Shown here: positions 9,592 through 19,982 of the stretch, piece after piece
How the letters are laid out: each line of letters starts with the position of its first letter
Numbering within the stretch: position 1 is the first letter of the stretch
From: Desulfomicrobium sp.
Lineage (GTDB): Bacteria > Desulfobacterota > Desulfovibrionia > Desulfovibrionales > Desulfomicrobiaceae
DNA length: 64,000 nucleotides
Assembly (NCBI GenBank): GCA_040768745.1
Contig: JAXGMI010000002.1
Span: 384,001 to 448,000, forward strand
Reading direction: 5' to 3'
The notes under the pieces: generated by a model
Databases searched by the model: none
What the model saw: only the letters and a program-made list of their open reading frames with translations
Told to the model about the DNA's origin: nothing
Translations under genes and position numbers: made by a program

Positions 9592-12135
9592 TCACTTTCC
9601 GGCGTCGAAATGCAGACCTGTCTTTGTCAGGGAGGCCGAAAGAAGCGTGAATTCCGGGTCAAACGCCTTCAGGATGAACAGCGGACTGATATAGAGTTTC
9701 TGCCAGTCGAACTCCATCTCCGCCCCGTCTTCGCGCCCCTTGACTCTGCCAACCAGAGGCCGGACGTCGACATCCCCAGGCTCGCCCTTTTTGCTCTGCT
9801 TGGACACAATCCATTGCCCGGCCTGCATGAACGCCTCCAGGCGGGCGGCAAAGCGTTCCCTGTCCCCACTCGCCGCAATGCTGACCACAAACTCCTCACG
9901 CACGGAAATGGGCGCCCTGCGCTGGCATGGCAATTCATCCACGCGCACGACCCGCATGCCCTGCGGGAGTTCCGCTCCGAGTTTCGCTGACAGACTGTCC
10001 AGGTGCACGGGTTCTCGCACAAAAAAATCCACCCACTCGCAGATGCTGCCAACGCCCACAGGCAATGCCCGGGCAAAGGAGATCATGGGCGCGGGGTGGA
10101 ATCCGCTGCTGAAGGCCAGGGGCAACATGGCCCGCCTGCAGGCGCGCTCGAAAATCCGCTGCAATTCCAACTGGCTCAGATAGATGGCCGGGCCGAGCTT
10201 GGCATACCAGACCCGGAACCGCTGTGCACGCTGGTGCAGGTCGGTGTTCCTGGGGACCGGGAATTCCTCCACCCGGCCCGGACTGGCCTGATCGCGGGAA
10301 GGCTGGTTCAGCACCGGAGTGACGAGCTGCCCGGCCGCCTGCAGGCGCAGTTCGGAAATGCGACCCTCCAGGTTGCACACCCCGCAGTTCCGGCAGGCCG
10401 CGTAACGGCAGTCTTCAGTCACGGCCGCGTCCAGGGCGCGCCGGCGCTCGGCCAGGAGAAATCTGCGGCTGACCCCGCTGCCAAGATGGTCCCAGGGCAA
10501 GGGCATGTCCGGGTCGCGCTCCGCCAGGTAATCTTGCGGGTCGATGTTGTTCTCGGCAAACGCCTGCAGCCAGGGTTCCAGGTGCAGATGGTCGGACCAG
10601 CTGGTGAACAGCGCCCCTTTGGCGTAGGCGGTTTCCAGGGCCGGGGCCAGGCGGCGATCGCCGCGGGAAAACACCCCTTCAAGAAAGGTCATGTGCGAAT
10701 GGTGCCACTTGAGCTTCAGCCTGCGATGGGGCCGGAAAATATCGCGCAGATGGCCAATGCGTTCCTCGATTTCGGCCATGGGAATCTGCCGCTCCCACTG
10801 GAAGGGCGTATGCGGCTTGGGCACGAAGGGGGAAACCGCGGCCGTGATCTGCAACCGCTTGGCCCCCTTCCCGGCAGTGGCCGCGACCTTCAGGCACAGA
10901 TCCAAAATCCCGTCCAGATCCTCGGAGGTTTCCGTGGGCAGGCCGATCATGAAATACAGTTTGACCTGCTGCCAGCCCAGGCGGAATGCCATGGCCGTGT
11001 GTTCCAGGAGCTCGGCCTCGGTCACCCCTTTGTTGATGACGTCACGCAATCGCTGGGTGCCGGCTTCCGGAGCCAGGGTCAGACCCGTGTGCCGGATCCT
11101 GCTCATCAGAACCATCAGATTTTCGGATACGGAACCGACACGCAGGGACGGCAGGGAGATGGACACCTGTTCCTGCCGGCAACGGGCGTAGGACGCCAGG
11201 AAAAGGGATTCCAGGGCACTGAAGTCTCCCGTGCTGAGGGACAGAAAGGACAACTCCTCGCTTCCGGTCTCGGCCAGACCCTGGCCGATGATCTCTGCCA
11301 GCACTTCCACGCTCCGCTCCCGCACAGGTCGGTAGATCATCCCGGCCTGGCAGAATCGGCATCCGCGCGTGCAGCCCCGCGCTATTTCCACGGAAAAGCG
11401 GTCATGCACGGGTTTGCCGAACGGCACCACCTGCCGGGAGGGAAACGGTACACGGTTCATATCCAGCACCAGGCGCTTTTCGACCTTGCCGCCCTCTGCA
11501 TGCCCCTGGGCCATGGCCCCGTGCGGGGGAAAAAAGGAAGGCACATACACGCCCGCCAGAGCGGACAAGGCGGACAGCAAGGCGGCTCTGCTCCACCCCT
11601 CGTCCTTTGCCCGGCCCATGACAGCCAGCATCTCGGGCAGGATTTCCTCCCCGTCGCCCAGGACCATGACGTCCAGGAAAGGTGCAAGAGGCTCGGCATT
11701 GAAGGTGCATCCCCCGCCGGCAATGACCAGTGGATGACCCGCGCCTCGAACCGAGGCGCGCAAGGGGATGCCGCCCAGATCCAGCATGTACAGCACGTTG
11801 GTGTAGCACAGCTCGTGGGTCAGGCTGAAGAGCACCCCGTCCAGGGCCACAAGGGGGGTGTCGCTCTCCAGGGTGGACAGCGGCGCATCGTGCCGGCGCA
11901 GCACCGCGGCCACGTCCTCGGTGGGGGCAAAGACCCGCTCGGCGTAGAACTCCTGGTGGGCGTTGGCGGCCTCGTACAGGATTTTCTGACCGAGGTAGGA
12001 CATGCCCACTTCGTAGAGGTCCGGGAAGGCCAGGGCCACGTGCACGCGCACGGTGTCCAGGTCCTTGTGCACGCTGTTGATCTCGGTGCCGAGGTAGTGG
12101 CTGGGGCGGGAGAAAAGGGGAAGAAGGGCCTTCAT
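9592..12135 (-). CDS. Radical SAM protein (TIGR03960-like) fused to a C-terminal radical-SAM-linked domain (DUF2344/TIGR03936-like)
   Basis: FPDLYEVGMS, CTRGCRFC, APEAGTQRLR; C-terminal FSSGFHPAP. Confidence 0.9.
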   Translation of the reverse strand: MKALLPLFSRPSHYLGTEINSVHKDLDTVRVHVALAFPDLYEVGMSYLGQKILYEAANAHQEFYAERVFAPTEDVAAVLRRHDAPLSTLESDTPLVALDGVLFSLTHELCYTNVLYMLDLGGIPLRASVRGAGHPLVIAGGGCTFNAEPLAPFLDVMVLGDGEEILPEMLAVMGRAKDEGWSRAALLSALSALAGVYVPSFFPPHGAMAQGHAEGGKVEKRLVLDMNRVPFPSRQVVPFGKPVHDRFSVEIARGCTRGCRFCQAGMIYRPVRERSVEVLAEIIGQGLAETGSEELSFLSLSTGDFSALESLFLASYARCRQEQVSISLPSLRVGSVSENLMVLMSRIRHTGLTLAPEAGTQRLRDVINKGVTEAELLEHTAMAFRLGWQQVKLYFMIGLPTETSEDLDGILDLCLKVAATAGKGAKRLQITAAVSPFVPKPHTPFQWERQIPMAEIEERIGHLRDIFRPHRRLKLKWHHSHMTFLEGVFSRGDRRLAPALETAYAKGALFTSWSDHLHLEPWLQAFAENNIDPQDYLAERDPDMPLPWDHLGSGVSRRFLLAERRRALDAAVTEDCRYAACRNCGVCNLEGRISELRLQAAGQLVTPVLNQPSRDQASPGRVEEFPVPRNTDLHQRAQRFRVWYAKLGPAIYLSQLELQRIFERACRRAMLPLAFSSGFHPAPMISFARALPVGVGSICEWVDFFVREPVHLDSLSAKLGAELPQGMRVVRVDELPCQRRAPISVREEFVVSIAASGDRERFAARLEAFMQAGQWIVSKQSKKGEPGDVDVRPLVGRVKGREDGAEMEFDWQKLYISPLFILKAFDPEFTLLSASLTKTGLHFDAGK

Positions 12136-12163
12136 GAGTCCTGAACGACCAGATCGCGGGCAG

Positions 12164-12188
12164 AAAAAAAGGGTGGACCGGCCACCCT
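12164..12188 (-). terminator. Rho-independent terminator
   Basis: A-run followed by GGGTGG-accgg-CCACCC. Confidence 0.6.
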
Positions 12189-12209
12189 CAAGACCCGGAA
12201 CAGGTACGG

Positions 12210-12557
12210 CTATTTTTTGAGAAATTTGCTGAAATCCGAGACCCCGCCGCCCATTCCGCCCAGGTTGCGCAGGCCGCCAGGGGCCGAAAGGGTCAGGTTG
12301 GTCGTCGCTTCGAGGTACTTGGTTTTCAGTTCCTCGGGCACGGATTTGTACTGGAACAGGACGTGCCGGTGTTCGATCTCTCCATCCATGTTCTGGTCAA
12401 ACGGATATCCAAACGGCAGAAGGAGCATCTGCACCCCCCCCTGGGCCGTGGGAATGGTCTGCAATATGGCAGGATCCTTGATGACGCCTGCAGTCTGATC
12501 CCACTTGCCCAGCACCATTTCGCCATTCACCAGCTTTACCAGCCTGATATCGTACAT
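12210..12557 (-). CDS. Conserved hypothetical small protein
   Basis: Plausible start MYDIRLVKLVNGE after a GAGGTG RBS; the longer tracked ORF is mostly the antisense of cvpA. Confidence 0.8.
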   Translation of the reverse strand: MYDIRLVKLVNGEMVLGKWDQTAGVIKDPAILQTIPTAQGGVQMLLLPFGYPFDQNMDGEIEHRHVLFQYKSVPEELKTKYLEATTNLTLSAPGGLRNLGGMGGGVSDFSKFLKK

Positions 12558-12731
12558 TCTCACCTCATCAGTGTTGTGGCGGAGTATCGCCCGGAAAAAG
12601 GCCCCTCCCATACATGAAAAAAATCGTCTACGAGGTGCGCCGGACCCTGTCAAGAATGGATCAGCGGCCCTATTCCCCATCGGGGCCCTTTGTGGTAGCC
12701 GGGGCTCGACATCGCAACGGCAGGTACGGTC

Positions 12732-13304
12732 ATGAACACTCTGGACATCGTTTTCTGCGTGATACTCGGATTTCTGGGACTGCGCGGCATCTTTCGCGGG
12801 ATGATCAGGGAGGTTGCCTCCATCCTGGGCCTGTTGCTCGGCTTTTTCCTGGCCAACACCTCCCACGCCGAGCTGGCCCCCCTCCTGGTTGGCCCGCTGG
12901 GCGGCCCGGGCCTGGCCAACCTCGTTGCCTACCTGGGCATCTTTCTGGGAACCGTGGCCGCCGTCTTCATTCTGGCCTGGCTGGTCCGCAAGATCCTCAG
13001 ACTGGTCATGCTCGGCTGGCTGGACAGCGTGGGCGGCGGGGCCCTCGGCCTGTTCAAGGGCGCCCTGCTGTGCAGCATCATCGTCATGGCCCTGACGGCC
13101 TTCCTGCCGCCCAAGGCCGAGATCCTGACCCGCTCGCACATTGTCCCCTATGTCAATCTGTTCAACTCGTACCTCTCCAACGCCCTGCCCAAGGACATGC
13201 GGGACCAGTTCCTGCAGCACAGCAAGGAACTGCACAAGGCATGGGAGGACAGGGTTCTCTCCAAACTCAAGGAAATAAAGGAATCCGCTGGTGGAAAACA
13301 ATAG
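12732..13304 (+). CDS. cvpA: CvpA-family membrane protein
   Basis: MNTLD...RGMIRE...[13 protein letters not shown] pattern. Confidence 0.88.
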   Translation: MNTLDIVFCVILGFLGLRGIFRGMIREVASILGLLLGFFLANTSHAELAPLLVGPLGGPGLANLVAYLGIFLGTVAAVFILAWLVRKILRLVMLGWLDSVGGGALGLFKGALLCSIIVMALTAFLPPKAEILTRSHIVPYVNLFNSYLSNALPKDMRDQFLQHSKELHKAWEDRVLSKLKEIKESAGGKQ

Positions 13305-14073
13305 TTTCGGAAAGATCATCGAGGTCATCGACACCCTGACCGGCCCCCAGGGCTGTCCCTGGGACAAGAAGCAGACGCCCCTGTCCATGTGCGACTACCT
13401 GGTCGAGGAATGCTTCGAGCTGGTGGAGGCCATCCGCATGAACGACCCGGCCGAGGTGGCCGAGGAACTGGGCGACGTGCTCTTCCTGCTTCTCTTCATC
13501 GGCCGGGCCATGGACCGGGAAATCCCGGATTTCCTGCAGGAGGCCGTGGATGCGAACGTGACCAAGATGATCCGCCGGCACCCCCACGTGTACGGGGAAA
13601 AGGCGGCCAGCGTGGCCGAAGTCGTCAGGAACTGGGAACAGATCAAAAAGCTGGAAAAGGCCGAAAAGGAGAAAGACCCGGGCGTCTTCGCCTCTCTGCC
13701 GGCCAGCTTGCCCCCGCTCCTGCGCGCCTACCGCATCAATTCCAAAGCTGCCAGGGCCGGCTTCACCTGGGCCACGGACGAGGACCAGGCTCTCAAGCTT
13801 CAGGAGGAATGGCAGGAGTTGCAGGCGGCCCTGGAGGGCGGGGACGAGGCTGCCAGGGAGGAGGAATTCGGGGACTACCTGTTTTCGCTGGTCGAATACG
13901 GCCGACGCCGGGGCATCAAGGCCAATTCGGCCCTGGCCCTGGCCAATGCCAAGTTTCTCAAGCGCTTCGAGGCGGTGGAAGGGCTGGCCGCCGAGCGGGG
14001 CCTGGACCTGGACCGGCTCTCCCTGGCTGAAATGGACCGGCTTTGGGACGAGGTCAAGACTGCCGGGAAATGA
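13291..14073 (+). CDS. mazG: Nucleoside triphosphate pyrophosphohydrolase
   Basis: GCPWDKKQT, EELGD, RRHPHV, EEEFGD. Confidence 0.95.
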   Translation: MENNSFGKIIEVIDTLTGPQGCPWDKKQTPLSMCDYLVEECFELVEAIRMNDPAEVAEELGDVLFLLLFIGRAMDREIPDFLQEAVDANVTKMIRRHPHVYGEKAASVAEVVRNWEQIKKLEKAEKEKDPGVFASLPASLPPLLRAYRINSKAARAGFTWATDEDQALKLQEEWQELQAALEGGDEAAREEEFGDYLFSLVEYGRRRGIKANSALALANAKFLKRFEAVEGLAAERGLDLDRLSLAEMDRLWDEVKTAGK

Positions 14074-14719
14074 CGTCCAAAATCCTGGCCAGCACGCCGT
14101 TCACGTCGGTCAGGCCCGTGTCGATGATGAGGGCGTCCGGCGCCGGCCTGAGGGGGGCCACGGAGCGATTGCGGTCCTGGTCGTCGCGGATGCGGATCTG
14201 GGCCTGGATGCGCTCCAGGTCTTCCTCCATCTCCATGGCCCGCAACTGATCGAACCGCCGTTTGGCCCGCACCTCGATGGAGGCGTCCAGGAAAAATTTG
14301 AACCGCGCCTCGGGAAAGACCACGCTGCCCATGTCCCTCCCTTCCGCCACCAGGGGCGTTGTCCGGCCGATGGCCTGCTGGTTGCGGCGGAGAAAATCAC
14401 GCACCACCGGGATGCGGGCGATGTGTGAAGCCCACAACCCCACCTCCTCGCTGCGGATCTCGGGGGGAAGCGGGTATCCGTTCAGGAGCAGTTCGGAATT
14501 TCCGCCAACCCCTTCCAGGTCGAAATCCAGACGGTTGAGCTGCGGCACCAGCTTGTCCACGGGCAGCTCCCAGGCCCCTTCCCCGAAGGTATAGGCCACG
14601 GACCGGAACATGGCCCCGGTGTCCAGATAGGAAATGCCCAGGCGGTCGGCCAAGAGGCGGGCCACCGTGGTCTTGCCGACCCCTGCCGGCCCATCAAGGG
14701 TGATGATGGTTATGTTCAC
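14054..14719 (-). CDS. cmk: Cytidylate kinase
   Basis: DGPAGVGKTT, LDTGAMFR, EGRDMGSVVFP. Confidence 0.96.
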   Translation of the reverse strand: MNITIITLDGPAGVGKTTVARLLADRLGISYLDTGAMFRSVAYTFGEGAWELPVDKLVPQLNRLDFDLEGVGGNSELLLNGYPLPPEIRSEEVGLWASHIARIPVVRDFLRRNQQAIGRTTPLVAEGRDMGSVVFPEARFKFFLDASIEVRAKRRFDQLRAMEMEEDLERIQAQIRIRDDQDRNRSVAPLRPAPDALIIDTGLTDVNGVLARILDVISRQS

Positions 14720-15812
14720 GCAGCACCTCCGTGGTTGTGGCCAGGAATTCCCTGTTTTCGTCCCTGTTCCCGATACTGACCCTCAATCTATCAGGCATGC
14801 CGTAGCTCGCCAAGGGTCTGATGATGATCCCGCGGCGGAGCAATTCCTCGAAAAGGATTCCTGCATCCATGGGCGGCGCGAACATGAGAAAATTGGCCTG
14901 GGAGGGATGCACGGTGCAATCCAGATCCGCCAAGGCCTGAGACAGCAGCGCACGGCCCTCGTGCACCGTGCGCAGGGTCTCGGCCAGAAAGACGTCGTCC
15001 TCCAGGGCGACCAGTCCTGCCTGTTCGGCCAGGATGTTCACGCTGAAGGGCAGCTTGACCCGCAAAACCAGGCTGGCTAGCCATTGGGGCATGATCCCGT
15101 ACCCCAGCCGCAGTCCCGCCAGCCCGTACATCTTGGAAAAGGTGCGCAGAATGACCAGGTTGGGGAGTGTTCGGAAATGCGGAAGCATGGAGAATTCGTC
15201 CAGGGGATCGGCAAAATCGATGTAGGCCTCGTCCACCACCAGAAGAGCCCGCGCAGGCAACCTGCCGGCCAATGCCAGCAGATCCCTGGCCGGGCAGGCA
15301 TGGCCCGAGGGGTTGTCAGGGTTGGTCACAAAAACCAGGGCCGTGTTTTCGTCGGCCGTGTCCAGAAGGGCGTCCAGGGGAAAGGAAAAATCCGCGTTGA
15401 GAGGGGCCTGCCTGAACTCCACGCCGCACAGGCGGGACTGCAGGCCATAGATGCTGAAGCACGGATCAAAGGCCACGACATTGTCCACGCCGGGCCGGGC
15501 CACCACGCGCAGGAGCAGGTCGATGATCTCGTCGGAGCCGTTGCCGGCCACCAGACAGGACTGGGGCACCCCGAGGTGGGCGGCCAGGGCCTCCGTCAAG
15601 GCCGGGGTACCGGCCTGGGCATACCGGAAAGCCAGGGCCCCGGCCCTGGCCAGCCTTTCCCGCACTACCGGGGACACGCCCAGGGGATTCTCGTTGCTGG
15701 CCATCTTGATGACCCGGGTCAGTCCGTAGCGTTTCTTGATCTCGTCGATGCTCAGGCCGGGCGAGTAGGGCTTGAAGCTCTCCATCTCCGGCCGCACAGG
15801 AACCTTGGTCAT
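14694..15812 (-). CDS. hisC: Histidinol-phosphate aminotransferase
   Basis: ASNENP, NPDNPSG, DEAY, RTFSKMYGLAGLRLG. Confidence 0.95.
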   Translation of the reverse strand: MTKVPVRPEMESFKPYSPGLSIDEIKKRYGLTRVIKMASNENPLGVSPVVRERLARAGALAFRYAQAGTPALTEALAAHLGVPQSCLVAGNGSDEIIDLLLRVVARPGVDNVVAFDPCFSIYGLQSRLCGVEFRQAPLNADFSFPLDALLDTADENTALVFVTNPDNPSGHACPARDLLALAGRLPARALLVVDEAYIDFADPLDEFSMLPHFRTLPNLVILRTFSKMYGLAGLRLGYGIMPQWLASLVLRVKLPFSVNILAEQAGLVALEDDVFLAETLRTVHEGRALLSQALADLDCTVHPSQANFLMFAPPMDAGILFEELLRRGIIIRPLASYGMPDRLRVSIGNRDENREFLATTTEVLREHNHHHP

Positions 15813-15885
15813 AATTTCTCCTTGATGCGCCCCGTGGAGAATGCGGCGCGCGTGGCACGTATCCTGCCTGTCCGTTCTTTATGAT

Positions 15886-15945
15886 GCCATTCCCGCGCAG
15901 GCGGGAATCCATGCGTTTTCCGAAACATCGCGTTCGGGGATCCCA
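15886..15945. repeat. REP-like palindromic element (ATTCCC-N8-GGGAAT type) with a degenerate second arm
   Basis: GCCATTCCCGCGCAGGCGGGAATCCA at 15886-15911, followed by a decayed GGATCCCACCT arm. Confidence 0.6.
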
Positions 15946-15977
15946 CCTTCGGCCATCCCCCTGCCCCGGCCCTCGGA

Positions 15978-17381
15978 TCAGTCCGTATCCGCGGCCAGCA
16001 CGGTCTGGATGGCCCGGGTCAGAAGGCCGAACTCCTCGGCCATGACCGTGCGGGGGTCCAGGCAGAAGGCATCCTCCTCCACCCTTCCGATAACGGGGAT
16101 GTCCGCGGACAGCAAACCCTGGCGCAGGGCTTCCAGGTCCATGCCCCTGGGCCTGACTGTGACCAGCACCGTGGGCAGGTCTTGCTCCGGGAAGGACCCC
16201 CCGCCCACACGGGAAAAACCGTTCCTGATGCCGATGTCGGCCACATCGGCCAGAACCGCCAGCTTGCGCCGCAACCGCCGGGCCTTGGCCCGCAGCTCGT
16301 CCGCCGAGGCCGTGATCATGGCCAGGGTGGGGACCTGGGCGCGGGCCACTGCCGGATCGAGATACAGGCGCAAGGTCGCCTCCAGGGCGGCCAGGGTCAT
16401 TTTGTCGATGCGCAGGGCGCGGTTGAGCTGGTTCTTCTTGATGCGCTCGACATAGTCCTTGCGGCCGACGATGATGCCGGCCTGGGGGCCGCCCAGGAGC
16501 TTGTCCCCGCTGAACGAAACCACGTCCACGCCGTTTTTCAGAACCTGCTGCACCGTGGGCTCTGGCATGAGCCTGTAGGGGGAGAAGTCGAACAGGTTGC
16601 CGCTGCCCAGATCCTCGAACACGGGCAGGTCCCGCCTGCGGCCCAGCGCCACCAGTTCTGCCAGGTCCACTTCCTTGTGAAAGCCGATGATGCGGTAGTT
16701 GGAGGTGTGCACCTTCATGAGCATGGCGGTCTGGTCTGTGATGGCCTCCTCGTAGTCGGCCAGGTGGGTGCGATTGGTGGCTCCGACCTCGCGCAGCACC
16801 GCCCCGCTCTTCTTCATCACCTCGGGCACGCGGAAGGATCCGCCGATCTCCACCAGCTGCCCCCGGGAGACGATGACTTCCCGACCCTTGGCCAGGGTGT
16901 CCAAGACCAGGAGCACGGCCGCGGCATTGTTGTTGACGACCAGTCCGGCCTCGGCTCCGGTCAGGCGGCAGAGCAGCTCCTCCACGTGGGAATAGCGGCT
17001 GCCCCGCTGCCCCGTCTCCAGGGACAGCTCCAGGTTGGAATAGTGGCGGCAGCCCTGCAGCACCGAGGCCACGGCGTCCCGGGCAAGGATGGACCGGCCC
17101 AGGTTGGTGTGGATGACCACCCCCGTGGCGTTGATCACCCGCCGGAAATGAGGCCTGGACCGGTTGCGGACATAGGCCTTGACCCTGGCCACCAGCCTGG
17201 GCCAGGCCAGATCGCTCTCCTCTGCGATCACTCCGGAGCGGATCTCCTCCCGGCAGAGATCCATGAACTCGCCGGCGAGGTCTTTGAGCAATTGGCGCGG
17301 CAGGGACGCAAGGGTTTGGTCCTTCTGCAGGTCCTGCAGGAAACTGTCCATGGAGGGGATGTGACGGAAAAGGGAGGACAC
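15978..17381 (-). CDS. selA: L-seryl-tRNA(Sec) selenium transferase
   Basis: INATGVVIHTNLGR, VNNNAAA, FSGDKLLGGPQAG. Confidence 0.97.
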   Translation of the reverse strand: MSSLFRHIPSMDSFLQDLQKDQTLASLPRQLLKDLAGEFMDLCREEIRSGVIAEESDLAWPRLVARVKAYVRNRSRPHFRRVINATGVVIHTNLGRSILARDAVASVLQGCRHYSNLELSLETGQRGSRYSHVEELLCRLTGAEAGLVVNNNAAAVLLVLDTLAKGREVIVSRGQLVEIGGSFRVPEVMKKSGAVLREVGATNRTHLADYEEAITDQTAMLMKVHTSNYRIIGFHKEVDLAELVALGRRRDLPVFEDLGSGNLFDFSPYRLMPEPTVQQVLKNGVDVVSFSGDKLLGGPQAGIIVGRKDYVERIKKNQLNRALRIDKMTLAALEATLRLYLDPAVARAQVPTLAMITASADELRAKARRLRRKLAVLADVADIGIRNGFSRVGGGSFPEQDLPTVLVTVRPRGMDLEALRQGLLSADIPVIGRVEEDAFCLDPRTVMAEEFGLLTRAIQTVLAADTD

Positions 17382-17390
17382 CGCATTCTC

Positions 17391-18623
17391 CTATGCTGAA
17401 AGATGTTCCGGGTACAGACTGTAGTAGGCGCCCACCAGGTAGAGGGAACCGCAGAGCAGGATTGATCCCCCCGGCAGGGCCAGGGCAGCGCGCAGGTCCC
17501 CGCAGGCCTGAGCATCGGGGCCGAAGCGCCGGGCCAGGACCTCCGGATCGCTGGCGCGTTCCAGGCCGGGCAGACCGGGCACGATGACGCGACGGGCCAG
17601 GGCCCTCAAGCGGGCCAGCAGGTCCGCATCAAGGGTCTTGTCCCGCATGGCCTGGAACACGAGCAGGTCGAAGCGAGCTCCGCCTGTTTCCAATGCCTCG
17701 CAGAGGGCGGTCAAGCCCATGATGTTGTGGGCCCCGTCCACCAGAACCCGGCCATGGCGGCAGAAACGCCCGGCAAAACGGGTCCGGGCCAGGGCATTTG
17801 CACACAAGCCCGCGTCGCATGGCCACCCTCGTCCCTGGGTCAGGCTGGTCCAGGCCAGGAGGGCCAACCCGGCATTGTCCAGCTGATAGGGCGGATGGCC
17901 TGGCAGATGCGCGGGAGTGAGCAGGAAGGGCTCGGGCTTGAAGGGGATGGCGTAGCCGCACCCGCTCCGGTATTCCTCCAGGCTGCACAGCCGGTGCGGA
18001 CCGGTGGCCTGGCGGAAGATGTCCATCACCTCCGCTGCCTGCGCGCCGGTGACGGCCGGGCAACGGCCCAGGGCCCCGCTCTTGTCCCGGGCAATGTCGG
18101 CCAGGGTCGGACCGAGCACGGCTTCATGATCCAGTCCCACCGGGGTCATGGCCACCAAGTCCGCGGACACGGCACAGGTCGCGTCGTGGGTGCCGCCCAG
18201 GCCGGCCTCCAGGATGACGAGATCAAGCCCGGCCTGCCGGAACAGATCCAGGGCCATGACGGTCAGCAGCTCGAAATAGGTCAGGCCCACGTCGGAGCAT
18301 GCCCTCAGGACCGCGTTGGCCGCGTCCACCCACAGCGCCTGGGGCAGGACCTGGCCGTTGATGCGGATGCGCTCCCGCACACAGACCAGGTGCGGCGAGG
18401 TGTACAGCCCTGTTTTCAGGCCGTGGGCGCGGGCCAGGGCGTCCAGGAACCCGGCCGTGGACCCCTTGCCGTTGGTCCCCAGCACATGGGCCACCACGGC
18501 CTGGGGCCGGGCCAGGCCCATCCGCTCCAGGGCCACGCGCATGCGCGAGAGGCCCAGCTGCATGGAGAACAGGCCCAGACTGTCCAGATAGGACTGGAAT
18601 TGCGCAAAGGAGGCGAAGGTCAT
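17391..18623 (-). CDS. folC: Dihydrofolate synthase / folylpolyglutamate synthase
   Basis: GTNGKGST, YTSPHL, EAGLGG, DGAHN, GSLYLVG. Confidence 0.94.
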   Translation of the reverse strand: MTFASFAQFQSYLDSLGLFSMQLGLSRMRVALERMGLARPQAVVAHVLGTNGKGSTAGFLDALARAHGLKTGLYTSPHLVCVRERIRINGQVLPQALWVDAANAVLRACSDVGLTYFELLTVMALDLFRQAGLDLVILEAGLGGTHDATCAVSADLVAMTPVGLDHEAVLGPTLADIARDKSGALGRCPAVTGAQAAEVMDIFRQATGPHRLCSLEEYRSGCGYAIPFKPEPFLLTPAHLPGHPPYQLDNAGLALLAWTSLTQGRGWPCDAGLCANALARTRFAGRFCRHGRVLVDGAHNIMGLTALCEALETGGARFDLLVFQAMRDKTLDADLLARLRALARRVIVPGLPGLERASDPEVLARRFGPDAQACGDLRAALALPGGSILLCGSLYLVGAYYSLYPEHLSA

Positions 18624-18802
18624 GGAGTCCCACGTGAAAAATGTTCAGCAGAGGATCCGGACAGGCCATGCGGGGCCACGATTGCCGCGGCATGGACAAC
18701 TGTCCGGAGTGGATTCATAGAAGGTTCCCAGGCCGGGGGCAACAGAAAATGACCCTGACTTGACTTTCAGGACCAGAGAAAATAGGGAAATCTTCCGTTT
18801 CA

Positions 18803-18879
18803 GCGCCAGTAGCTCAGGTGGATAGAGCAATTGCCTTCTAAGCAATCGGTCGGGGGTTCGAGTCCTCCCTGGCGCGCCA
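18803..18879 (+). tRNA. tRNA-Arg (anticodon TCT)
   Basis: 77-nt cloverleaf with GCGCCAG/CTGGCGC acceptor stem, anticodon arm ATTGC-CTTCTAA-GCAAT, GGTTCGAGTCC T-arm and encoded CCA. Confidence 0.98.
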
Positions 18880-18937
18880 ATAAAAACCAAATAGTTAGAT
18901 GCAACAATCTAACCCTTTTTTGCTTTCAATAAAATCA

Positions 18938-18966
18938 CTCCCAGCACTATTCCCAGCACCCAGCAC
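18938..18966. repeat. Putative integrase arm-type sites, left arm
   Basis: CTCCCAGCACTATTCCCAGCACCCAGCAC; a near-identical 22-mer lies at 31006-31027. Confidence 0.7.
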
Positions 18967-19071
18967 AAATTTCCGCCTTTTTTCCTCTCGAATCCATTCC
19001 GAGATTGCGCTACGAGGATTGGAAGAAATCCATACGGAGGCAATCTCGAACATGCCTATCAATACCCATGA

Positions 19072-19848
19072 CGCGGAAAGCGCATACGCGAAGCCATCGC
19101 CCGAAAGGCAGCGGAGCCAGCCGTCCTGCCCTACACGGACGAGGAACTCGGCGTCATCTTCTCGTCCTCCTTCTTCGTCGCTGGCCAGCCCGACAAGTTC
19201 AAGAAAAAGATGACCAGGGACCAGACTCTCGACTACCAGTGGCTCTCGATTCTCGGTCTGTTCACCGGAGCGAGGCTGGAAGAGATCGGCCAACTCGATG
19301 TCGCGGACCTCATGGAGGAGGACGGCGTGAACTACCTGTACGTCCACGGCGATCCGAACTCGACCCGGAGGATCAAGAACAGGTCCTCACGGCGCAAGAT
19401 CCCCGTTCACCCCCGCCTCATCGAACTGGGCTTCCTCGACTTCGTAGCACTCCGGGCAAGCCAGGGCGAGAAGAAGATCTTCTCAACCCTCGCGGAGTTG
19501 GACGGCAGGCAGGGCAAAAGAACCAGCGCCTTCTCCAAGTGGTGGACACGGCTCACGACGGAAATCGGCGTCAAGAGCGGCAGGCAGAAGACGTTCCACT
19601 CCTTCCGGCATACCTTCAAACGGGCCATGCGGAACGCACAGGTTGACGGCAACCTGACCGACGCCATCCAGGGGCACAGCAACCGAAGCGTCTCCGCCCA
19701 CTACGGCAGGGACAAGGACGGCATGGGCTATGCGCTCCCCGTCCTTTTCGAGGCGATCAGCAAGGTGGGCATGGATCAAGTGGATATCCCAAGCCAGAGG
19801 GGAAATAACGCGGCTCACCAACCGCAGCCAGTACAGCCAACCACATAA
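19072..19848 (+). pseudogene. N-terminally truncated tyrosine recombinase (catalytic domain only)
   Basis: GARLEE, IKN, FHSFRH, QGH and HYG catalytic motifs; the frame is open back only to a TGA at 19069-19071; no N-terminal binding domains. Confidence 0.8.
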
Positions 19849-19982
19849 GAATGGGCCTTCCGCTTGCGTCATACAGGCGAAATCTGTAGTGATTCGAGAA
19901 GTTTTATCGAAAGGGACTAATCAGTTACACCACCCTTTCGGCCTTCTCGGAGCAATCAACTACCAACAGGATTTTGCCTCTC

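Noticed and set aside
10003..12144. 713-aa + strand ORF
   Set aside because: Antisense shadow of the radical SAM gene, typical of high-GC codon bias.
12558..13388. N-terminal extension of the 392-aa - strand ORF
   Set aside because: Overlaps cvpA and mazG on the opposite strand; the real gene likely starts at 12557.
15978..17381. Selenoprotein recoding nearby, suggested by selA
   Set aside because: No gene in the window appears to need an in-frame TGA readthrough; the Fe-S and redox genes look full length with Cys.
18645..18890. 81-aa - strand ORF
   Set aside because: Reverse translation of the tRNA-Arg gene.
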